From positions 6,014,001-6,078,000 of the forward strand of contig CM114271.1 of assembly GCA_050084515.1 (NCBI GenBank): a stretch of 64,000 nucleotides of DNA, read 5' to 3'. Shown here one piece after another: positions 40,200 to 51,100 of the stretch. Each line of letters starts with the position of its first letter. The first letter of the stretch is position 1. Below the pieces are notes generated by a model. The model was not told where the DNA came from, made no database searches, and saw only the letters and a program-made list of their open reading frames with translations. This DNA is from Blasia pusilla. Taxonomy: Eukaryota. The position numbers and the translations under genes were made by a program.

Positions 40200-42650
40200 A
40201 ACCTGGTCTATAAGACGCTGTCTTAGTCCAAGTAATCCTCGAAAACCCATCGGTACAATATTGCTCCTCCAACTAGTACATCATACGACTCGGTGATGTG
40301 ACTACCATGCAGATACTCCCAACCGGGAGCTATCGATCGCATGATCTGGTCTCAACTGCACACAAAAATTCTCCCGTGTCATGAATTGAGACCTATCATT
40401 GGCTCCTCCAAGTGATGTTTGAATCTGGAATGGGCAAGGCTCAAGCTCGACCTCCGAATACCCAAACCAATACATGCCGCCTTTCCCAACATCAAAGATT
40501 GGGCACCGAGTCTAACAAGACTCTATCTGGTTTTACACTGCCTGTAGGACTCACCAATCGAAAGATCCCACTCTGGTTGTCCAACATACATACACCAGGT
40601 GTAAGCCTCTCACGATCAATGGTCGGGCCGGGTGGTAATGCATCCATCTTCGCCATCGCCGCTCGCCAAGTAGCACCGGTACTCAATACTACTCGACATA
40701 GAGGGTCGCTCCACCGCAACACCCTCATCCACCTCAACACGTGTAGCAAGAATACCCCCACGTTCACACAACGTGGTCGCTAATCGAAATCAGGAGCTAA
40801 GTCAACTCCTAAAGCCATCACTCCGTGGCGAAAACAATGGGGATCCCAACACTGAAGTTGCCATCCGCACATCTTGCATTGATCTTTGCATCCGTGTCTA
40901 CTACACGCCATGTAGATGCCTCGGTCCCCAATGTCGGCTCAATAGGTCTGCGAGGAACCATGGATGGAGTCCTAAGCACCTCGCAGACAACAAGAATGAC
41001 TGGGGAAGCCTAGCTCGCCTCCCGGCCTCACCCCTCTGTGGGTCCAACTCCACAAGAGCACCACGTGGCTCGACGCTTTCGAGTGGCTCCTCTCAGAATC
41101 GCGGTGATGCCTCAACCTTTGTCTTTGACTCGCCATATAAGAGAGATCATCCCCTCCATAAGAGGTGAGGAAGCCCCTACTCCCAAACCTGATCTATGTT
41201 GGATACCACCATAGTAGCCAACTCTCGCTCCAATCTGCTCAATCTGGCGACCATAGGCGACTCTGTCGTAGTGGTAGGGGTAGCCACCGTAGGCTCTCCA
41301 ACCACTAGTCCACCTCTACCACCCCTACCACCTCTACCACCTCGGCCTCTCGGAGCTACTCCACCACGGCCACGGCCTGATCTCAACTCTGGATGAAGAT
41401 CAAAGCAACGCTCGAGGATGACCTAGTCTCCCAATGATCACACACCGAGTTGGGGCCGATCGAGGCCCATCCTCCAAAGTCCGTCTCCCATCCTTTTGGG
41501 GACAAAACTTCCTAACATGATCACCTCCACATGTCCAACATGACTATCCTTTCTTGGGGCAGCAAATGAAGGCAATGGTCTCTGCACAAATGTCCCTCTA
41601 GGACTTGATCGAGGTCGCGTGTACCCCACGACTCCCACTACTACTACCACCACCACTACTACGAGACTGTGAGGCGGGCGGTGAACACGTGAAGTAGTAG
41701 TTGTATCCCCTCTTGAATGCGGATGTCACCACTCTCTCCTTCACCATGTTAAGCTCAATCTTCTCGAGATAGAGCAAACACATGGGTCAATGTGGGTGAA
41801 TCATCACTCATAAGAGTAGCATCACGCACCCTACGGGCGCAAATCTCTGCCCAAGATCCCATACCAAAATGGATCCGCCTGATCCTCAATCACACCTGGG
41901 TAATCGAAATCAAGCGTCGATACGCGTGTATGCCTCACTTAAGACTCTCACCGGGTCTTTCGCTCAAAGTCCTCAAGATTCCTCAACTTCTCCGTCTTCA
42001 CTCCTTGATAGTTCTTCTTCAACCTCTTGAAGAACTCGCAGAAGGCTAACGATGGTGGGGCACTAGTACCTCCACTAGTACCCCCACTAGTACCTCCACC
42101 GGTACCCCCACTCCGGCTCAGACTCGTAACACTAACGTCGGCCGGGTTGGTGGCATAGCAGAGCACTACTACCAATACCACCATGGGTGATAGACACATA
42201 GCCGGAGACCAATATTGTCTCCATGCCTCAATCTCAAGCAACATGGTCCTTCCTAAACTCATGGTAATCATCCACGGGTGGTCCTTCCAAGTCTTTGAAA
42301 CAACCCCTTCCAAGCCAAGAAGGGTGTAAACAACGTGGCATTCCGCAACATCTGCATATCACACCACGTATCAAACTCCTGCATGAAGTCCTCCAACTCA
42401 ATGGTACCCTTTGCACCGAGTATCGTCGTGGGCCCTTCATGGCCCCATATCCACCGTCCATGTCCCAAACCAATGGAGCTGCAATACTCGATAACAACGT
42501 AGAAGACTCGGTGTTTGGAACACCCTCGTCCTCCTCTTCATCAACCGTCAGAAGTGGAAAAGGTAGCCGATACCTAAATCCACTCCGTGTGAAACCACCA
42601 CTGTCCGCACCACGGTCCCCAACCAGACCACCCGTCAGCTCCGTGATGAC
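40200..42650 (-). pseudogene. Element 2 gag and aspartic protease
   Basis: IELEDFMQEFDTWCD gag motif shared with element 3, RGG-rich tail, protease RVLLDS. Confidence 0.8.
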
Positions 42651-45131
42651 CAACGCCGATGCCGCACCACCACCAAATTACCAAGTGACGTCGATGTCGC
42701 TATACTATTCTAGCTCTACTAGCTATGGGTGTAGGCAACCTAACTTGTCATCACCACAAGAAGTCTCCCACAATCTATTCGTCATCCCTCCAGCCTCACT
42801 ACCGGTAGCACACAAGAGTAACACTACTCTGGAAATCAGCGTCAACCCTAACAATGGGCGCGCAAGCAAGAAGCACGATGGAGGGGATCCAAACACAGGA
42901 AATCCAACGACAACCCTCCAATCGCAAATGGAAATCAAGGTTACACAATCCACCAAACGTGGTGCCCTCTGAATCCACAAAACCCACCACACAATTCTAA
43001 CGCAATAGCTGCTCCGCCGCGGGTCGATGACGTGCTAGTCGAACGCGCAGCACCTGAAAATATCACCTGCATGGAGAGGCTACACCGTACTATGCCCTAG
43101 AGTTACATCAACCAAAAACCTAAGATGCATAAAGCGCCTAACATATCTCCGAACAGCACCAAATGAGCTACCACAGTCTTCACACTGGCAGTTAAGAACT
43201 CGGCAGTTAAGCGTCCTCCAGGCAGAATAGCCCAAAGATGGGTGACCAGTTATGCAAAACTCAAATCCCGAAGTCTGAAAAAATTGCCTCACGCCCAAGC
43301 AAGCAAGCTTGCTTGCTTGCTCCTTGCTCCTTACTCCGCCTCTCACGCCCACTCGCCCCGAGCTACCACGAGTTGCCTCGAAGCCTCAAAACGCCGAGAA
43401 ATGCTCGAAACATGCCCCTATCGCCCCGTTGGCCATGCTTCGCTATGGAGAGAGGTCCAACCAGGGTGCCCCCAATGGGATAGGCGTCTCCAAAAATGAA
43501 CGAGTCACCAACCAACCAGCCCCTCCGATCCGCTGTCCACCATAGCCAGACCTTGAGCTAGTCCGCAAAATTTCGATCAGAAATTACTTCACAAATACGT
43601 GACCAAAATCAAATCTGTTTAGATCAGAATTCAATTGACCACCATAGCTATCTCCCCACAAAAACTCAGCTACAACCGAGCTCCGTACTCCGAGCTAAAA
43701 ATCAGACAAACTTGCTGTCCATACACCTCCGCAGTACCAAATCCGGCCGCTTCCGCCAAGTTTCATGCACGCAGAAATCCGCAACGCTCCACACACTCGA
43801 GCAAATAAATTCACAGGAGATCACAATACGAGTAGCAACAGGAACCTCTCACCTGATCTGGATGAACTTCAACACAGCTTCCGCACTCCAAGCTCTCCAC
43901 ATCAGAAAACCGTCGAACACGAACCAGAATCTTCAATCCTTGATAACTTCCAACTCCCTTGACGAAATCCGGCGATCTAAAGCGCGTTGGAAAGCTCTCA
44001 GCAAGGCGCTTCTTTCCCATCTGACTGCGCACCAGATTCACACCTCCAACATAGGCCACAAGCCACGAACATCCACGGCTGAGTACACAATCAGCCCTAA
44101 CCAGATCCTACTGATCTACAATCGAAGCTACCATCGATCTACTCCAGTTCTTTGAGTGAAATCCGTGAAAGACCTACTGTCATAAAACACATTTACAATC
44201 ACATACAATCGAGCAAAACCCACTCCACGATGGGAGAATCTAGGTCGAAGCTTGCAGGAAAACACCATAGCCAAGAGCTCTACTCACTACCAAGGCTAAC
44301 TCCCAACGCAATAGGCTCAACTCAAAGAACTGACTGTTCTTTGAGGGCAAGCCACCTTATATCCTCCAACCTAAGAGCGGGCCCTACTGGGAAAGTCACC
44401 CCCAAGTGAGTAACCCCCAACCCTATGTATGGAACCGCATCTCTACCAAGCCACTACGGTCCTACATAAGGAATGGCCTCTACCAACACACCATACTCTA
44501 CGACATAATCCGTATGGTCATGGCATCTTATTCCAAGAGTAATGGGAAGGAAAATCCAAATAAAGGAATTGTCAAACCGTAGGATCAGATATATTTGTAG
44601 CAAAGCATTGAGTGAGAGTCATCTCCTTACTCCGTTCTAGAATATTATCCAAAGAGTTACGATCATGAAAATATACCATCTGACTATCAGGGAGATGTAC
44701 AATCAATCGTACAATACTTGGTTGCTCACCATGTAAAATAAACTTGAAGATTCTCCAACAAGCTTTTGAAGCAGAAACATACTTGAAAAGACAAAAAAGT
44801 AAATATAGTTAGAGTCCAACCTTTCAATATTCTAATCTAATTTCAAAATAACATAAAAAAATAGAAAGTCATGTACCTCGCATCAAGATATAAGGATGTC
44901 TCATCAATAATATCTTTTGTAATTGTGCTTCTTGCTAATGTATACAATATGGCATATGATTCCTTATATACAAACTTATAGAAGTACTTCACAGCCAATA
45001 TGCGATTCATAATCTCCAAATTGATATGACAATCAAATAAGGTACATAACATCGGATTATGTAAAACCACCCAATGATTGTCAAAGTCATGATTCGACTT
45101 ATGAATACACCTACCATTAACACGTCTACAT

Positions 45132-48100
45132 TGTTACCTCTTTTATGATAGATCGGTGAGATCTAGTAGAGTACCTTGGCGGAATAGTAGAGGACAGACT
45201 CAAGAGGTTGAGGATGACCTACAGAGACCCCAGGAAACCTGAGAGAACACGTTCTCCCTTTGATTCGTCTCATTTGGAGCCATAACAATTTATTATTTTA
45301 GGTAAGTACCATGTTGAATATATTATCAATTTTCTATTTTTGGTTAGTGGCCCTTGACCTCCTACATCAAATCAAGAATGTAGGAGGTCAAGGGCCAAAG
45401 AGGTGACTTGGGAGCATAGGTTACCATGGAGAGAGTTTGAGAGAGGGGAGGGGTATACCTCAAAGAGAGAGAGCTTGAGAGCTTATTTTCTCTTTGTTGA
45501 ACCTCTTGGCACAAGGCAGAGAAGTTATGGTCCCTTGCCTTGTGAATGTAACCCAAGCCTCTCATTAGGAGAGTGGGTTTAGTTTGACATTGAGAGGGAC
45601 ATGTGAGAGTGCACACATTTGAGAGTTATAGTATTGAGAGAGATTGGATCGTGATTTACAAAGAGAGAATGAGATGAGTGAGAGAGCTTTATGGAGGAGC
45701 TCGCTGGTTTTGCAGGTTGGGAATCATATTCCCCGTTTAGAGGTTCATGAGAGTGCTCATCGGAGCCGAAGCCACTCATTTTTTATGTTTCCTTTGCCAA
45801 TTTTTTGTGTGAAAGAGTGGCGCGCGGAAGCGCTACCCAATTTTTATAGGGATTGAGTATGGGAGGAAATTTCCCCATGTTGATGCTCTCAAGAGTACCA
45901 TGTAGCTTGTTAATTTGTGTTTTCACAAGTTTTATACTTTTTTTGGGAAAAATCAGTGCGAAAGCGCTGCCAAATTTTGTGTCAACAAAATTTGGCAGAA
46001 AGAGACCTTGAGCTTTACAACAATCCCTGTCAGTTTTTACTAGAATGTCCAATTCAAAATATTTTTTGACGCCGTCGTAGATCGTGAAGCTGTACACGCT
46101 ACACAATAGACAATGCATGGTTTTGAGTTGCAGGCAAAAGTTATGGTCAATCTTGCAATTTTGCCATTGCTATGGGATTTTTAGGGTAAAATTGTTCAAA
46201 CCCTAAACTGACGGCCGCCGCCGCGGCGGCCGTCAACGGTCCACTGTCCACCGTTGGCCACCGCCACCGCCTAGCGCTGCTCAGAGCCACGTTTGGCCAT
46301 TGTCCATCCTTGGTTGCCATTGCCGCCATTACGAAGTGGAGGGTCTTCCACGACGACCGTTGATTCTGACTTACATCGCCACCAAATACTTTGTTTTGGC
46401 CGCTACCGTCATCGCAATTTCGTCATCAATCAGTGATTGCAGGGGACCTCTGGTTATGGTGTTCGAGTTTTTATTTCATTCTGCTATGTTGTGATTGGTA
46501 GCCGCTCGAGGAAGATCGAGTATCGTGTCGTGACTCCCGTAGCCATAACGCGCCGCCATTTTCCGCGACGTGCCGCTCGTGGCCGCATCGCACCGTCTCG
46601 ATCACGGAGCCGCTCCTTCACTAAGGACCAGACCATGTGTATTTTTTATTGAGGAGATTATGCCGTGGAGTGCCGCATCCCATTATCGAATGTCGTGTCA
46701 TTATGTAGCCGTTCCGCACCGCGAGTGCCGTACTATACCGCTGGATCCGCACGGCATATTGAGGAGGTTTAAGCAACGTGAGTACAAAAAGAGTACGACT
46801 TGCTGATTGGAGGAGTTGTCTTCACGACCAAGTTGGGATTGAGATTTGCAGTTTCTGAGGAGCGACATCAACATTATTATCAGGTTACCCATTGTGGTCT
46901 CTTATCGTGCATGTGTGAGGGAATTCCGGGTATTTGCAAGTTATTTGGGATATTGGGAAATTATTTGGGATATTGGATTTTATGCTTATGCTGAAAGTAT
47001 TGATGACGTATGGGTTGAGGGGACATAGACCTGTGTGGAATGTCTAGAGTTGAGGATCAGTTGATTTGCCGCACAACACATATCTCGGTGAGAGAATGTA
47101 GCTTGAGTGCCACATATTAGATTGAGTGATTGCGTGATTATTCACGAGGTTGAGAGTGATCGTGTGAGGGAGGCACAAGGATCATCACGACGTCCTTTCG
47201 GGACTATGAGAGGCAAGGTTGTGGACCGGAGAGTAGCTCTAGAGGATTTATGCAGAGTGGCGCGAGGTTTCGAGGATCTCCATGTGCGGGACCACCTCGA
47301 CCTCCTTCTATGTCATCTTCAGATGAGGAGGAGGGCGTAGAGGAGTTCAATATTGCTATGCCACTCACATTGAATAGTCCTACTGCTTGGGCGTACAAGA
47401 TGGATGACCGGGGTAGAGGACCGTGTAGGTTCTCAAGTGCAGTAGGCGTGATAGAGTTGCACGACTTCATCGCGGAGTTTAGGAGTTGGTGCGACTCACA
47501 GCGGGCTAGGAAGTCTAGAGAGTTGAACTCGTTTACAGCATGGAATGGTATATTCCAGCATTTAGATGGGGCATCCATGGAAGATTACCATGAGTTCTCC
47601 CACAAATATGCCCAAGAGATTGAGGCATGGCGACTCTACTATGATCCACACTATATGTCATGGACGGAGCCGTTCCAAGATGAGGAGGAGGATTCAGGAG
47701 AGCCTACTTCCTCGTCCACCAGTGATGTTTTAAGAGGGGTATCTCGCACTAGAGCAGTTGCACCATTCTGTCGGGTTTGCTCCAGGTTCAACCCCCTGGT
47801 TGAGTTCTTCGCTGAGTTGAGGGCGAGCTACCAAGGGTACGTAGAGAGAAGTTGCGGAGCATCCACGACTTCCAAGGGCGCCCAAGTGAGAGTTTGCGTG
47901 AGGCTTACACTCGCTTGCACTGGTTGATCAATGTCATTCAGGGGATAATAGAGGCTCAGGCTATCCACTCATAGTACGCGATGCTGAACTCGACCCTGCG
48001 GATACGTGTACGGGAGGGGGCACTTCTTATGAACACCTCACCTATGTTGAGAGATGTTTTTAGGACCGTTGAGAACATTGAGCGCATCATGGCGGAGGAA

Positions 48101-51100
48101 AGCGTATCCACCATGGGTTCTGGGCGAGAGCAATCACGATTGCCTACACCACCAGTGCAACCACGTGGACTCCGAGATAGGTTGACTATGGCACCATGAG
48201 CTCAGGGAGGATACCGGGAGGCCATGCCATAGAGATATGCGCCTTCATATACAGCTCAGTAGCAGCAGCCGCCTACGATTACTTGTTGGTCATGTGGTGG
48301 AGCCCATCATCAACATGATTGTACTCATCAAAATCATGGACGTGTGCCTCAGCATGGAGGAGGAGATGGTGTTGCACCATGAGGTTATCAGTGTGACTAT
48401 TGTCAGAGGTTTGATCACACACACGCCTGGTGTTTCAATTTACACCCTTAGTTAGGTCCGGGCCGAGGGCCAGAGAGGGCACCAGAGCAAGTAGCCGGTC
48501 TAGGTGGGCCTAGAGATCGTGCACCACGTGGTCCCTTTAGGGGACGAGGACCAGAAGTTTCCCGACAGGGTGGTGGAGTTCCCCGTGGAGGAGGTAGAGT
48601 CCCACCACCTAGACGCGTCGAGGGAGACGTCGGGCGTACAGCTGGGATGGCTGCTCAGATACAACAACTATAGGAGAAGATGTTAAGGAAACATAGTAAG
48701 GCCTTCTCTTTTACTACATAAGAAATTGGTTGTGTAGACACGAGGGTGGTGGCACCGATGGTAATTTTCACAATTCCACATATGCCTTGGGCTTTGAAAT
48801 CCATACCAGTACCACGAGCTATGATTCCCAAGTTGATTGAGTTATTGAAGGAGAAGATGCAGATGGATATCTTAAAGCCATCTATGGGGCCTTACTCGAG
48901 TCGATAGTTCACTATGCCAAAGAAGTCAGAAGCTCTCCGATTCATTCAAGATATGCAACCGACAAATAAGATAACTATTCAAAATATGGGAGCGGGGCCC
49001 ATGCTATCTATTCAATAGGAGATTTGCACTCGAGATATGATCATAGCTATGGAGGGTAGAGATATTACCACTATGGGCACTCCACTTGGGCTTGTAAGAA
49101 TTTGCACATTACCTAAAGGAGCAACAGATTCTGTTGCTCACATGCAGCGTGCAATGAATAAGATCTTGAGAGAATTCATTCTTGAGAAAACCATTCCTTT
49201 TGTAGATGATATTCCTATAAGGGATGTGCAATAGAAGATAGAATTGAGAGGGTTGTGAAAGATGGGTGTAGAAAGTTTGTGTCTGATCATATTTATGATG
49301 TGGATATTGATCCTAACAAGACTAGAAGAGGTCAATCTTACTCTTTCTAGAGAAAAGTGTAGCTTTGGGGTTCCTCAAATTGTGGTAGTGGCTTATCTTT
49401 GTGGAGAATTTGGCCGAAAACCAAATCCAGCAAAAGTTGATGTCATCGGGAGGATACGAGAATGCGAAAACGTCACCGAAGTGAGAAGGTTTTAAGAGCT
49501 TGTGTGTTTTATCAACTATGAATTCCTCATTTTGGCCACATATCTGATCCTTTGTATGAACTCTTGAGAAAGAAGAAGAAGTTCACTTGGGAGAAGAAGC
49601 AAAGAGCAGCATTGATGTAGTTGAAGGAGGCATTGAAGTCGCCACCGAATCTATGACAAATGAGCTACGAATACGGAAGACCTATTATCATCACAATAGA
49701 CACTAGCCCTATTGCCATTGGTTGGGCAGTTGGGCAGGATGACGTGGAAGGAAGAAGATTTGCGATAAGGTTTGGAGCTCGTACATTCACGGAACGACAA
49801 AGGAGGTACCCTTAGGTAAAGAGGGAGCTTTGGGGAGTTATGACTGTGATGAAAGTTGAAAAAGATTATCTTATGGGAGCGTATGTGTTGCTTGAGGTTG
49901 ATTGTCTACCTCTGTTAGGAATGATTGCAAATTATACAACTCCAAATATAGCCATGTTACGTTGGATAGCCTACATTAGATCCTTGAATCCACAACTGAG
50001 GCATATAGCTGGAAAAGAGAACTCAGTAGCTGACATGCTGTCTAGAGCTAGATTTAGTCAAGAAGAAGATATGGAGGTAGCTGAGATAGATGAGGATGAT
50101 GCATATGTATGGCAAGTGTCATCACGAGAAGAAGGTGGCATAGAGGATGTTTTAGCCTTCAAAGAGAATTTGTATAAGGGCAAGCATACGAAGTCCAATA
50201 GGTATGTCGTGCCCATCCCTAAGGAGATCTTTGATGCTATATGCAAAGATCTTCAAGCCGGATACCATCAACTTCCTATTAGATTGGAGGACATGCAGAA
50301 GACGGCATTTTTGGGCATCGATCCTCACGGGAAGGATTTTTTGTACTAGTGGCGGTTCTTACCATTTGGGTTAAAGAATGCCCCGGTTGAGTTTCAGAGG
50401 GTTATGGATAGGATCTTGGCACGTCTGGATTTTGCTAGGTGTTATATTGATGACATCGTAGTCTTTAGCATCACGGTTGAGGAGCATGAGCGACATCTAG
50501 AGGAGGTTTCAACGATTGCTATTACATGGGCTGAAGCTACATCCAAGCAAGTGCAAGTTCTTCTACGACCAAATTGAGTACTTGGGTCATACGATATACC
50601 CAGGGGGGCTTGGTATGTAGCAGACAAAGGTAGAGGCTTTTTCACGCATTCCACGCCCTAGACATGAAATTCATGGGATTGGCGAACTTCTATCGACGGT
50701 ACGTCAAGGGTTTCTATTTGATTGCGAAACTCCCAACCTTGGTGACCAAGGTGGATCAAGAGTGGCACCGAGGGGATGAGTAGGAGAAAGCATTTAAGCT
50801 GCTCAAGGACATATTGACGTCCGTGCCCATATTGAGGAGATCGATCAAGGAGGTGTCCTTTCCAGTTGCATACCAATTGGAGCATGTTGGGGCTTGGAGT
50901 TGTGCTCACCGAACATGACGATGATGGTAGAGAGTTCGTAGTGGCATACACTAGTCGCTCGAATACCATTGCAGAGGCATAGTATAGCTTGTATGAGGGT
51001 GAATGCTTGGCTGCAGTGTGGACTGTCGCACATTTCAGGTGTTATCTATTTGACAACCCCTTTACCATCATTACTGATCATCAACCACTTAAGTGGTTGA

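Larger units (their letters stand above)
34742..44525 (-). mobile_element. Element 2: most complete DNMT-PHD Ty3/Gypsy with split direct repeats. A1 44525-44157, B1 35324-35219, A2 35216-34848, B2 34847-34742.
   Basis: TG...CA ends, perfect 4-bp TSD TCTT (34738-41 and 44526-29). Order gag-PR-DNMT-RT-RH-IN-PHD. A copies 369 bp with about 7 differences by eye; B copies 106 bp. Confidence 0.95.

Noticed and set aside
42295-42972. 225-aa plus-strand ORF in element 2
   Set aside because: Antisense shadow of GC-rich gag; no motif and no counterpart noticed in elements 1 or 3.
34742-44525. Classification as a DIRS/Ngaro tyrosine-recombinase element because of the split repeats
   Set aside because: No recombinase ORF is visible. 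A protease, an HHCC/DDE-type integrase and 4-bp TSDs are present.
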